Made by a program: the position numbers and the translations under genes | The notes under the pieces: generated by a model | The model's database searches: none | What the model was told of the DNA's origin: nothing | The model's input: only the letters and a program-made list of their open reading frames with translations | Shown here: piece by piece, positions 8,301 to 16,995 of the stretch | How positions within the stretch are numbered: position 1 is the first letter of the stretch | Layout of the letters: every line of letters starts with the position of its first letter | Virus record (IMG/VR): IMGVR_UViG_3300017971_000295 | Location: 308-64,307 of that record | DNA from: a virus | Taxonomy: Duplodnaviria; Caudoviricetes | Direction: 5' to 3' (one strand) | DNA: 64,000 nucleotides

Positions 8301-9053
8301 GTGAACTACTACAACGATAACGATTCCTTCATTGCAAAATGGCTAAGGGAATTAATAAAAGCGGGATTGATACCCAAAGGATATGTTGATGAAAGATCGA
8401 TCACAGAAATCGACGCCGAAAGTCTCAGAGCATACACACAATGCCATTTCTTCGCGGGTATCGGGGGTTGGTCATATGCGCTCCAGCTCGCTAATTACCC
8501 AACAGATGAGCCTGTTTGGACCGGATCATGCCCATGTCAACCCCTTTCGTGCGCCGGGAAACAAAAAGGACACGAAGACGAAAGACACCTCTGGCCAATA
8601 TGGTACAAACTCATCAAGGAGTTTCAACCTTCAACGATCTTTGGCGAACAGATTAGTTCAAAACTTGGACGTGAATGGCTCGCCGGATTACGCCTTGACC
8701 TGGAAAGTTTGGGATATGCAGTCGGGGCCGCCGATTTGCCGGCTGCTTGCGTCTCAGCGCCGCACAAAAGAAACAGGTTATTCTGGGTGGCCTACAGCGA
8801 GAAGTTGTTTGGCATTGAGCGCAATTTACACGAAGGAAGCGATAGAGAATTCCAGAAAATCATTTCCAAACCTGGAAACCGTAATTCAACAACGGTTTGG
8901 GATGAATTGCGTTGGCCTTGTGACCTCTCCCGTGTTTGTACTGAACCTGATGGGCTACCCGGCAGAGTGGGCCTACTGCGTGGTTCCGGCAATGCAATCG
9001 TCCCACAGGTAGCAGCGGAATTTATTAAATCATTTAGGGAATCAATAAAATGA
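8301..9053 (+). CDS. DNA cytosine-C5 methyltransferase (alpha polypeptide)
   Basis: FFAGIGG, GSCPCQPLS (catalytic PC), GEQI, APHKRNRLF, GNAIVPQVA. Confidence 0.92.
   Translation: MNYYNDNDSFIAKWLRELIKAGLIPKGYVDERSITEIDAESLRAYTQCHFFAGIGGWSYALQLANYPTDEPVWTGSCPCQPLSCAGKQKGHEDERHLWPIWYKLIKEFQPSTIFGEQISSKLGREWLAGLRLDLESLGYAVGAADLPAACVSAPHKRNRLFWVAYSEKLFGIERNLHEGSDREFQKIISKPGNRNSTTVWDELRWPCDLSRVCTEPDGLPGRVGLLRGSGNAIVPQVAAEFIKSFRESIK
8383..9012 (+). CDS. Overlapping +1-frame polypeptide, probable methyltransferase beta subunit (start uncertain)
   Basis: 209 open codons nested in the MTase gene, ending in motif IX-like SPVFVLNLMGYPAEW. Confidence 0.65.
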   Translation: MLMKDRSQKSTPKVSEHTHNAISSRVSGVGHMRSSSLITQQMSLFGPDHAHVNPFRAPGNKKDTKTKDTSGQYGTNSSRSFNLQRSLANRLVQNLDVNGSPDYALTWKVWDMQSGPPICRLLASQRRTKETGYSGWPTARSCLALSAIYTKEAIENSRKSFPNLETVIQQRFGMNCVGLVTSPVFVLNLMGYPAEWAYCVVPAMQSSHR

Positions 9054-9355
9054 AAGAAATTTATTATTACGAACGCGATGAAAACAATCATCCGGTCAGG
9101 ACATTTTGCATCATTGAGGCTGGTGGCAAGCTCGCCAAAGGGATATCAATTTGCAGCGCAAAGGACCAGCCACAAAAGAAAAAAGGCCGGTTGATTGCCA
9201 AAGCGAGGGCGTTGGAGTCAATGTTGACGGAGAGTAATCGGGTTTCGCAAGCTGGCAATTATCTATTGGCTGAAACGATTGATTATAACGCGTGGCCGGA
9301 TAGATTGTCATCGTTTGAAAAGGGATTGCTTAAAAAGAACGGGATGATTTATTAA
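9050..9355 (+). CDS. Conserved phage hypothetical protein
   Basis: GISICSAKDQ...GRLIAKARA motif; ATGA coupling. Confidence 0.65.
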   Translation: MKEIYYYERDENNHPVRTFCIIEAGGKLAKGISICSAKDQPQKKKGRLIAKARALESMLTESNRVSQAGNYLLAETIDYNAWPDRLSSFEKGLLKKNGMIY

Positions 9356-9430
9356 ATAAAAACCCCCTGCAGGGTGACAGGGGGATAATGTAAAATGTTG
9401 CCCAGTTTACCCACTGGGCAGGGGGTTTGT
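9355..9430. terminator. Two hairpins between convergent genes
   Basis: CCCCCTG/CAGGGGG (9363-9384) with a T-run on the minus strand; TGCCCAGT/ACTGGGCA (9399-9420). Confidence 0.65.
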
Positions 9431-11146
9431 TTATCTGTCAATTGTTAACAGTGCGACATTTACCATAGTTTCCGATTCCTTAAATGTACCTTGTGGCAAA
9501 TCCTCCCAATAAGACGCGAGGGGTTTTAGCTGTTTTTGTTGTCTCGGGCCATTGGCGCAAAGCGCGACAAGTCGGCCACCTTGCCGGAGAAACTTAACGG
9601 CATGCTTGATATGTTTTATATCTTCTCCGTTTTTAAATGGTGGGTTCATTATGATTTTGTTAAAATTTCCAAGCTCTCCCTTCATAGAAAGAAAATCACC
9701 TTGTAAAACGTCATAGCCAAATCGCTCAAGGCACCGTGATAAATTTTGATTTAGTTCAACGCATTTTAGCGTAGGTCCAACGTTATATTTTGCGCTGTAA
9801 TGAGCTATGACCTCTCTAATTAATGCCGCTATCGCTCCTTTGCCGGCGGATGGCTCAAGAATTCTTTCCCCTTCTTGGATGTCGGCATATTCTATCATGT
9901 TTTTTGCAATATTCCAGGGTGTTTCAAAAAGTTGATTGACCACCTCAACCTTGATACCATTTTTCAATGCATTTTTCATGTCATCAAATTCTGTTTGTTT
10001 CGGAGCTTGATATTTTACCGTTCTTAGGCTATCGGGCCTAATCTTTGGTTTGACTTCAATCGGTTCGGGCTTTTTGTGAGCCTTGCTATCTGTCAGAAAA
10101 ACACAATAGTTTTTCATTTTGATATAGCAGATTCTTACACGATGAGAATTTTCGACAGGTCGCGTGCCTTTGTAATCGTTATGAATTTTGGCATATTCCG
10201 CTTTTGACATTTCAACTTGTGGATAGTGGATCATTTCGCCTTTGTGATATTTATTTTCAATGTCAATTCCCTCAGGGGCGCGGTAATTGCAAAGCGGAAA
10301 CTGTTTAGGCTTGGGCTTGGGTTTCAAAAGGTCGCTTGCTCCTTGTTCCTCCAGCATAGCCTTTTCATAGATAAGGCGGTTTTTGCAGTGTTCAATCCAC
10401 CTTTCGTTGTATGCGATGGATCTTTCAAGCATTGGTACGTGCTTGTTTCTTGCCTCTCTTGCCGTTATTTTTCCCTGGTCAAGATCAGACCACATTCCGG
10501 ACACGTAACAGTAATTAGCAACAAACATTGCACGCTGTTTAGTCAAAATTGTAGGAGTCAGCCAGACATTCAACCATTGCCGACTTTCTTTGATTTGTTT
10601 CTTGCACTTCCGTTTTTGGGCTTCAATCTTTTTAATCCGGCGTGCTCTTACATCTGGACGTTCTTTATATTTTGCGTGCCTTATAGCTCCCTTTGCGCGC
10701 GCCTTCCAGTATCCGGAGGTTTCCCACATTTTAACGGCTTTTCGCATACCGTTTTCAATCTTTTTGGCATCCCGGCGTGCTCGTTTTTCTGAGTGATGAC
10801 CAACTAAAATTGGTTGACCAAGAGGGATATTTGATGCTATACTATCAACAACCTTTTTAGCTGATTCAGCATCTTTTAGTCTGTTTTCACTGTAACCCTG
10901 GAACCGATCAGCGCGAAATTCGGCACGTTCGACTAAACTTGTGTCTTCGTCTTCAATTTCGCCGCAAAATTCAAGGGCAATGTCTTCACGATCCGGCGTC
11001 CACATAGGAGCTACAAATAATTCCTGTTTGGCTGCCCATTTAAAGCCGGCTTCTTTCAACTGGTAATATTCGGCTTTGTCAAGCCTGTAGGCGGGGTAAA
11101 TTCTTAATTTATTGTCTTCTGGTGAATATGTTGCTTGATGTTCCAT
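9431..11146 (-). CDS. DUF3560 domain fused to an amino (N6A/N4C-type) DNA methyltransferase
   Basis: ATYSPEDNKLRIY, IPLGQPILVGHHSEKRARRD; ILEPSAGKG, GDFL, MNPPF. Confidence 0.88.
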   Translation of the reverse strand: MEHQATYSPEDNKLRIYPAYRLDKAEYYQLKEAGFKWAAKQELFVAPMWTPDREDIALEFCGEIEDEDTSLVERAEFRADRFQGYSENRLKDAESAKKVVDSIASNIPLGQPILVGHHSEKRARRDAKKIENGMRKAVKMWETSGYWKARAKGAIRHAKYKERPDVRARRIKKIEAQKRKCKKQIKESRQWLNVWLTPTILTKQRAMFVANYCYVSGMWSDLDQGKITAREARNKHVPMLERSIAYNERWIEHCKNRLIYEKAMLEEQGASDLLKPKPKPKQFPLCNYRAPEGIDIENKYHKGEMIHYPQVEMSKAEYAKIHNDYKGTRPVENSHRVRICYIKMKNYCVFLTDSKAHKKPEPIEVKPKIRPDSLRTVKYQAPKQTEFDDMKNALKNGIKVEVVNQLFETPWNIAKNMIEYADIQEGERILEPSAGKGAIAALIREVIAHYSAKYNVGPTLKCVELNQNLSRCLERFGYDVLQGDFLSMKGELGNFNKIIMNPPFKNGEDIKHIKHAVKFLRQGGRLVALCANGPRQQKQLKPLASYWEDLPQGTFKESETMVNVALLTIDR

Positions 11147-11272
11147 TTTGCTGACCTCCTATCGTTTAAGGGGTTTGAGGTTGGCAGACTCCCATCATTG
11201 GCAGATGGTGGGAGTCAATTAATTAGCATACTCGGTTAATATAGGCGGTAATTTTTTTGAATGTTTGCTCTT

Positions 11273-11533
11273 TCATTTTCTACCTTCCTGAGCCGATGCC
11301 ATTTTAACTATGCTTTTGCAAACGGCTCTGTTTAGGGATAGGGACGCAGGCGGATGAGGGCATTCGCATCCAACTTCTCCACAATGGATGCAGTTGCCGT
11401 CCGCATCCCACCCCTGTTCGGTTTCCCAATAGGGTTTTTCTGGCATGCTTTTACAAGCAGCCCTATCTAAGGATCCGGCAATCCCGCTTCTACCTTCCTG
11501 TTTCATTTTATTCCCCTGTTGTTTTTTTGTCAT
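11273..11533 (-). CDS. Hypothetical protein with short internal repeat
   Basis: SLDRAACKS / SLNRAVCKS; ATGA coupling to the upstream gene. Confidence 0.45.
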   Translation of the reverse strand: MTKKQQGNKMKQEGRSGIAGSLDRAACKSMPEKPYWETEQGWDADGNCIHCGEVGCECPHPPASLSLNRAVCKSIVKMASAQEGRK

Positions 11534-11736
11534 TTCTTTTCCTCCTTCAGCCGCTGTACGGCTTTTTCGATGATTTGTGTCATTGTTTCTGGTTGTTGTT
11601 TAATCCAGGCCACCATGTCATATGGCAACCTTGCATAAACCATGTGCCGCTTTTGCTCATCGGGCCATGGTTTTCCGGTTCCTTTGGGGCGGCCAGCGCC
11701 GGGGCGTCGGCCGCCGTGGGTGGTTTTAGGTTTCAT
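11530..11736 (-). CDS. Small DNA-binding protein (GGxRxGAGRP basic arm plus ribbon-helix-helix-like part)
   Basis: HGGRRPGAGRPKG...VYARLPYDMVAWI. Confidence 0.7.
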   Translation of the reverse strand: MKPKTTHGGRRPGAGRPKGTGKPWPDEQKRHMVYARLPYDMVAWIKQQPETMTQIIEKAVQRLKEEKK

Positions 11737-11887
11737 AATAATGCCTTTCGATAGACCTAATCTGCTCCTCCTCTTGATTTGGATCCCACCTGTAAACTTT
11801 CTCGTAGGCGTCCAATGTTACGAATCTCCATTTTTCTGTCATTTTATTGCCTCCTTTGTTTGATTGAGTATTTTATTGTTTAATTAC

Positions 11888-11916
11888 CGTATACATCATT
11901 ATAATTATTGCGTCAA
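11888..11916 (-). promoter_or_regulatory. Leftward promoter of the methyltransferase island
   Basis: Minus strand TTGACG-17nt-TATACG in an AT-rich gap. Confidence 0.55.
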
Positions 11917-12029
11917 GCAAAAAAATCAAAAAGCTTGAATAAAATGAAGAATGAATAAAATAATGTCATTTTTACTATGAAATAAAGTTATTTTTACTTG
12001 CTTTTTGTAAAATAACGTGGTACAGATAC

Positions 12030-12345
12030 CGCATTGCGCCATAGGCAGGTCGATCAAGTAAGGTATTAAGCGAGCTGGTCCGACGGCGCATCTTTAATAA
12101 CTCTGGGACTGCCCCCGGTCCTCATTTAATCCTGCGATGCTGGCGCCCAAAATAGCAGGATGGACGGATAAAACGAGCAAATGCTATCTGTTGGCTGGTC
12201 AACGCAGCCATTTACCAAAGATAGCGGCGAATAAACAGAGCTAATACAATGCCAGTGAATCTATGTCTCATTTCAACTTGAGACACTTTTTATCAATAAC
12301 GGGGCAACCCAATACAATAGCGGTTGTACGTATTTATACAACAAT
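12030..12345 (+). ncRNA. Candidate structured RNA or late leader
   Basis: ORF-free stretch with about seven consecutive hairpins, behind a possible TTGCTT-17nt-TACAGA promoter. Confidence 0.45.
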
Positions 12346-12390
12346 GAATTCCACATGTTTAAACGATCTCACTCTGACTGATACCTGACT

Positions 12391-12876
12391 ATGGACGAAA
12401 CAACAGACATTATCCCCACCGACGACGATACGTTAAATTGCGATATCCTGGTTCCCAATGCATCTAACGAAACTACACCCTATAATTATCGTATCTCTCT
12501 AGAAGATATACTCCATTGTACTAAGGTCTTAAAACTTACCCCAGCACAAACCGCAGAACGTCTCGGTTGCACTAGATCTAATATTATCCAACGGTTAAAG
12601 GCCGCTGGCTATCATAATACGGATCTTAATAACTTTAAGCGATATAGGGCCGACGTCCATGCGCTCCGTGGCTTGATGATTAGTAAAAATCTTACCGAGG
12701 ACAAAATCAAAAAAATGTCAGCGTATCAATTACAAGGCATGCTCGCTATTAACGAAGAGTTAGAAAAGAAAGCGAGAGACGAGCAACCGCCTGATTTTGA
12801 TTGGTATTTATCATCTCAGGAAGAAGCCGAGATTGATGCAGAGCTTGAAAAAGTCGAATCTGAACTGTCTAATTAA
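12391..12876 (+). CDS. Putative terminase small subunit (HTH)
   Basis: LTPAQTAERLGCTRSNIIQRL HTH, helical C-terminus, first rightward gene ahead of TerL. Confidence 0.55.
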   Translation: MDETTDIIPTDDDTLNCDILVPNASNETTPYNYRISLEDILHCTKVLKLTPAQTAERLGCTRSNIIQRLKAAGYHNTDLNNFKRYRADVHALRGLMISKNLTEDKIKKMSAYQLQGMLAINEELEKKARDEQPPDFDWYLSSQEEAEIDAELEKVESELSN

Positions 12877-13433
12877 TCAATAAATTCATCTTTTATGTGG
12901 TCTATTTTAAATTCAGGCATAGACATGTCACCCCTCCATATCGGCTGCGCATAGTCTTTTCCGAGCCTATGGTAACGTAAATGGTCTCCCTGTGTGGCAA
13001 ACACCATAAGGTTATCCCACCGGTTATTAAAACAATTCCGATCAATATGGTGTATGATATTGCCTGGTTGCAGATCAAATACAGTTGAAACCTTAAGTCT
13101 AGCAAGCCGTTGGCCGTGTCGGCTTTCCTTGTATGGCGCAAGCCCTTGATTGTGTTCAATAAACGCATAATAACAATTCATATTGCAGAAGGTTCTTTTT
13201 TGGTTTCTAAGTCGAGCCCTGTTGATAATAAGGGTCTTTTGGCAATAATCACAAGAAACCGCTATTCGGGTGTTGCCGAGGCCCTTTGAGGTATTAACTC
13301 CTTGCTTTTTCAGCACCCTATAAATGCCCTGTCTCGTTTTATTATACCGCTTAGCGATACTAATCATAGGTTCGAGATCTTCGGTAAATGCCCTTACTAT
13401 GTCAACTATGTCGGATTTAGTTAAATGTGCCAT
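12873..13433 (-). CDS. HNH homing endonuclease with N-terminal HTH and Zn finger
   Basis: IIHHIDRNCFNNRWDNL...HLRYH; CDYC...FCNMNC. Confidence 0.85.
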   Translation of the reverse strand: MAHLTKSDIVDIVRAFTEDLEPMISIAKRYNKTRQGIYRVLKKQGVNTSKGLGNTRIAVSCDYCQKTLIINRARLRNQKRTFCNMNCYYAFIEHNQGLAPYKESRHGQRLARLKVSTVFDLQPGNIIHHIDRNCFNNRWDNLMVFATQGDHLRYHRLGKDYAQPIWRGDMSMPEFKIDHIKDEFID

Positions 13434-13790
13434 GTTTGTGTCTCCTTGTTTGGTGAATTATACCTTATATAATAGACATAATATAGCAAAAGTCAACATA
13501 AAAAATAGTAGATGGATTATATATTATCGGATGTTACGATAATTAATATAGGTTAACACCATGTCTCATCCTGCCATAGCATATTCATTGTATCCCTGGT
13601 GGACCTGGGAGCCGTGGGTAATCCCTCCTGACATCCAACTCATGTCTATCGAGTGGTTAACTGCTGAATTTATTGAAAATCTAAATGAATCTGAGGAAAC
13701 CGCCCCCCCCCACCCCCCAAAAAACGGAATTGAGATTTTTTATCTATAACCCCTCTGCCAAATTTTTTTCACAAAAGGGTATTTACAAAT

Positions 13791-13852
13791 GTACGTATAC
13801 GTACTAATGTACGTATGCATACAAAGGTAAATATGCATACAAAGGTACGTAC
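13791..13852. promoter_or_regulatory. Palindrome and repeat cluster, probable operator
   Basis: Perfect palindrome GTACGTATACGTAC 13791-13804, more GTACGTA at 13809 and 13845, ATGCATACAAAGGTA twice. Confidence 0.55.
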
Positions 13853-13853
13853 A

Positions 13854-14180
13854 ATGAGAAAAACGATATATGTAAAAGATGAAAAGCGTTGGGCTGAGAT
13901 TGGTCAGGCGGCGATGAAGGATAATAAGTCGGTGTCTGAATATTTATTGGGCGGATCTTCGTCGGGGTCTTTTGGTTCGGTAGATGGGAAAATTTTAAGG
14001 TTGTTGGAATTGATTGACAGGAAGCTTGATTTGGTGTTAAAGGGGTTTGAATCTACGGATATTGTGGTTAATAAATCAGAGAAACGGGCGAAGGTCGAGA
14101 GGGTTAGTGATGAGATCCCAGAAACCGCTGGAGTTTTTTTCAATCCACAGCCGAAGGGTTCCGAGAAAGGAGGGAAATGA
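13854..14180 (+). CDS. Ribbon-helix-helix-like DNA-binding protein
   Basis: MRKTIYVKDEKRWAEIGQAAMKDNKSVSEYL. Confidence 0.55.
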   Translation: MRKTIYVKDEKRWAEIGQAAMKDNKSVSEYLLGGSSSGSFGSVDGKILRLLELIDRKLDLVLKGFESTDIVVNKSEKRAKVERVSDEIPETAGVFFNPQPKGSEKGGK

Positions 14181-14356
14181 TAGTTCGTTATAAAGAAGAT
14201 TTTATTTTTGATATGTTTGAGGATTAGTGTATTTTATGAAATATCCTGGAGAGATAAAACGTGATCATGACGAATATTTGTTAAGAAAGTTGGAGCATGA
14301 GCTTTCAAAGGATTGTTGGTGCGAGCCTTATTTAGATTACAAAGGCCCTGAGACGG

Positions 14357-14659
14357 GTGGGTTCACAGGGATTTGCAGTGAGATACACGACGAAGACAGG
14401 TTCCAGGGGCAGTCTCAGCGTAGAGGATGCGTGGGAGAAGGTCGAAAAAACGAAAGCGGCATTGCGTCGGCCTAATGGAGTCACAAGACGCGAGCTTGCC
14501 GAGATTTTAGGATTAGCGATCAACAAAAAGCGTGACATGCGCAGTGTTCAGCGTTGGATAGATGCTGCCGGCGATTGGATGCCTGTTGTTGAGGTTGGTT
14601 TACGCGAGCCTGTGGGGGATCGTGGGAATTATTCTGTGGTATACGGGTTAATGAAATAG
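14357..14659 (+). CDS. Winged-HTH-like hypothetical protein
   Basis: GVTRRELAEILGL...RSVQRWID. Confidence 0.55.
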   Translation: MGSQGFAVRYTTKTGSRGSLSVEDAWEKVEKTKAALRRPNGVTRRELAEILGLAINKKRDMRSVQRWIDAAGDWMPVVEVGLREPVGDRGNYSVVYGLMK

Positions 14660-14670
14660 GGGGAACAAAA

Positions 14671-14907
14671 ATGAATGTTGATCTTGAAAAACAAATAGTA
14701 GAGCACATAAAAATCATGATGGAAGAATTGTGCAAGGAATTTAATGTATTGCACAATAGATTAAATGAGTTAGAAAGCGCTTTGAAGGATGAGTACGACG
14801 ATGAATGGCGAGACATAAACTGGTTGGAACCTCATCCAGGTCAAGTTGATTATGGGCTATATAATGACAAGAGCGAATTCCCGAAATGGAGGGGGATAGA
14901 TGGCTGA
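14671..14907 (+). CDS. Hypothetical protein
   Basis: SD-like GGGGG upstream; in operon. Confidence 0.5.
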   Translation: MNVDLEKQIVEHIKIMMEELCKEFNVLHNRLNELESALKDEYDDEWRDINWLEPHPGQVDYGLYNDKSEFPKWRGIDG

Positions 14908-15018
14908 AAATTTATATATAGGATCTCACAGAACCACAAACAAGAAATGGCGTGATGGGTGGGATAGGGTTTTTAAGAAGAAACCCAAGAAATCGGATTG
15001 TGAAAGGAGCAAGGATAA

Positions 15019-15222
15019 TTGCAAGAAGAAATAACAGAGGGTCAACCATTTGACGTAATAAGAGGAAACCCGAAACACACAGTTGTTACTATCAAATATC
15101 GGATACCGTTTAATGACACAGATCATGCCATGTTAAAGAGCGCGAAGAAAGAGAATCGTTTTTCGGATATTGAGAATTTTTGCTTGCGGTATATTCCGAC
15201 TATTGAGGTTGAAAAGATTTAA
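15019..15222 (+). CDS. Hypothetical protein
   Basis: TTG start after AAGGA; in operon. Confidence 0.45.
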   Translation: MQEEITEGQPFDVIRGNPKHTVVTIKYRIPFNDTDHAMLKSAKKENRFSDIENFCLRYIPTIEVEKI

Positions 15223-15230
15223 AATAAAGT

Positions 15231-15274
15231 AATCAACAATATTGTTAACAATTTTATTGACAATATTGTTGATT
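15231..15274. promoter_or_regulatory. 15-bp perfect inverted repeat overlapping a TTGACA box upstream of TerL
   Basis: AATCAACAATATTGT (15231-15245) / ACAATATTGTTGATT (15260-15274); TTGACA 15257-15262. Confidence 0.6.
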
Positions 15275-15335
15275 TTTGATACTGAGCAATGTGAGGCTCA
15301 AAATATTCCGTTTTTTTAAAACACAAATTACATAG

Positions 15336-15445
15336 TTAAACGTTCGGTTCGCTACCGGCCGTTAGCAATTAACCGACCAGGGTGGGTCACCCCAGTGAGT
15401 TTTCTCCTCTTTTCACTCACTGCCTTTTCTGAGTCGGCTTTTTGC
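15336..15445 (+). ncRNA. Structured leader element before TerL
   Basis: Hairpin CGGT-TCGCT-ACCG, then three-way junction CCGAC.../...GTCGG with a CTCCT-containing loop and a T-run. Confidence 0.5.
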
Positions 15446-15456
15446 ATTTTTAAGAT

Positions 15457-16938
15457 ATGCTATCAGAAAAACGTCGAGCGGAATTAATAGAGAAAAGGAA
15501 AGAATTAAAGCGCAGAAAGCGGGATATCTCTGTTGCAAAGAGGGATTATCGTAATGCGAATTTAATTAAGTTTTTCAACAAGCCGAAAGAGGAGTACGGA
15601 TTGCCGGCGAATCCCTTGCAGTCTGAGTTGTTAGAGGCATGGGACAATTTGATGTATAAGGTTTTCGTATATTCGGGCGCCAACAGAACAGGTAAAACCA
15701 CAATCCTGACCATAATAACCTTTAGCGTTATATTTGGCAAATGGTTGTGGAACGACAAGAAATTGTGGTTTCCGCACAACCATCCAAGAAAGTGTAGGAT
15801 TTTAGGACAGGCGTGGGAACAGCACATTAAGACGGTTTTAATTCCTGAACTAAAAAAATGGTGGCCCAAAGAGCGTAAGTTAAAGACCAAAAAGAACAAC
15901 AATGGTGTTGAGTATTTTTGGGAAGACGTAGCTACGGGAAGCACCCTTGAAATTATGTCAAATCAGCAAGATAGCGATGTGATGGAGGGGTGGAGCGGTG
16001 ATTTCATTGGGTACGACGAACCCCCCAACAGGGCTAATAGGGTTGCATGTGCAAGGGGTTTGATAGATCGTCAGGGTCGTGAGCTTTTTGCGATGACCTT
16101 ATTAAAGGAGGCGTGGGTTCATCGGGATGTAATTAAAGCTGTTGACGAAAACGGCAGACCCGATATGACGGTGTTTGCTGTAAATGGTGATATTTCTGTT
16201 AATGTCGGGTTTGGTATTACGCAAGAGGGCGTAAACCAATTTGCCAAAACCTTGACAGATGAAGAAAAGCAAGCCCGTTTAATGGGTGTTCCGTCTTACA
16301 TGAGCGGTCTTGTTTGTCCTTATTTTAAAAGGTCGATTCATGTTAAAGAAAGGTTTGGCGTACCGTCGAACTGGATAGTTGATATTGCCATAGACATTCA
16401 TCCAAGAAAAGAACAGGCTGTTTTATTTGTTGCGGTAAGTCCACAGCAAATAAAATATGGGTGTTATGAGATTTGGATGCATGGAGATGGACCCCAGACT
16501 GCTGATCGGATAATGAAAGCGGTTAACCATTATAATTATCGTGTTGGTAGAATAATATGCGATCCTTTAGCGAAGGGTGACAGCAACAATGAGAACACGA
16601 CCTATGACAAGATGAAGCTCATTTTTGCTCGTCATGGGTACATTTTGGAAACCGCCAGCAAAGATAAACAAAGCGGTATCATCGAGATTAATAATCATTT
16701 AAGGGGTCCAAACAAAGAGCCGTCGATTTTCTTTTTCAGGGATTTGGTAAGGACAATTCACGACATCGAGGGGTGGATATATGACGAGGACACCCAGAAA
16801 CCTCAGAAAGTGGACGACGACATGTGCGAAAACCTTTACCGGATTCTCTTATTAGACACAAAATATGTAGATCCTGAAGACGAAGAGTGGGAAGACGAAT
16901 ATCAGGATTTTGAAACAAATGCGGTAACTGGATATTAG
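15457..16938 (+). CDS. terL: Terminase large subunit
   Basis: Walker A GANRTGKT, Walker B GYDEPP, nuclease acidic motifs AIDIH and DDMC. Confidence 0.92.
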   Translation: MLSEKRRAELIEKRKELKRRKRDISVAKRDYRNANLIKFFNKPKEEYGLPANPLQSELLEAWDNLMYKVFVYSGANRTGKTTILTIITFSVIFGKWLWNDKKLWFPHNHPRKCRILGQAWEQHIKTVLIPELKKWWPKERKLKTKKNNNGVEYFWEDVATGSTLEIMSNQQDSDVMEGWSGDFIGYDEPPNRANRVACARGLIDRQGRELFAMTLLKEAWVHRDVIKAVDENGRPDMTVFAVNGDISVNVGFGITQEGVNQFAKTLTDEEKQARLMGVPSYMSGLVCPYFKRSIHVKERFGVPSNWIVDIAIDIHPRKEQAVLFVAVSPQQIKYGCYEIWMHGDGPQTADRIMKAVNHYNYRVGRIICDPLAKGDSNNENTTYDKMKLIFARHGYILETASKDKQSGIIEINNHLRGPNKEPSIFFFRDLVRTIHDIEGWIYDEDTQKPQKVDDDMCENLYRILLLDTKYVDPEDEEWEDEYQDFETNAVTGY

Positions 16939-16995
16939 AAAGGGGTGCGATGCCTATTATAACAAAAGGTGGAATCATGCGTGGAATAGATTTTA

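Noticed and set aside
10217-10796. Long + strand ORFs opposite the methyltransferase gene, and similar antisense ORFs elsewhere
   Set aside because: Shadow frames of well-supported genes with no RBS or motifs
15457-16938. Intein or intron in TerL or helicase
   Set aside because: Lengths are normal and no splice motifs are visible
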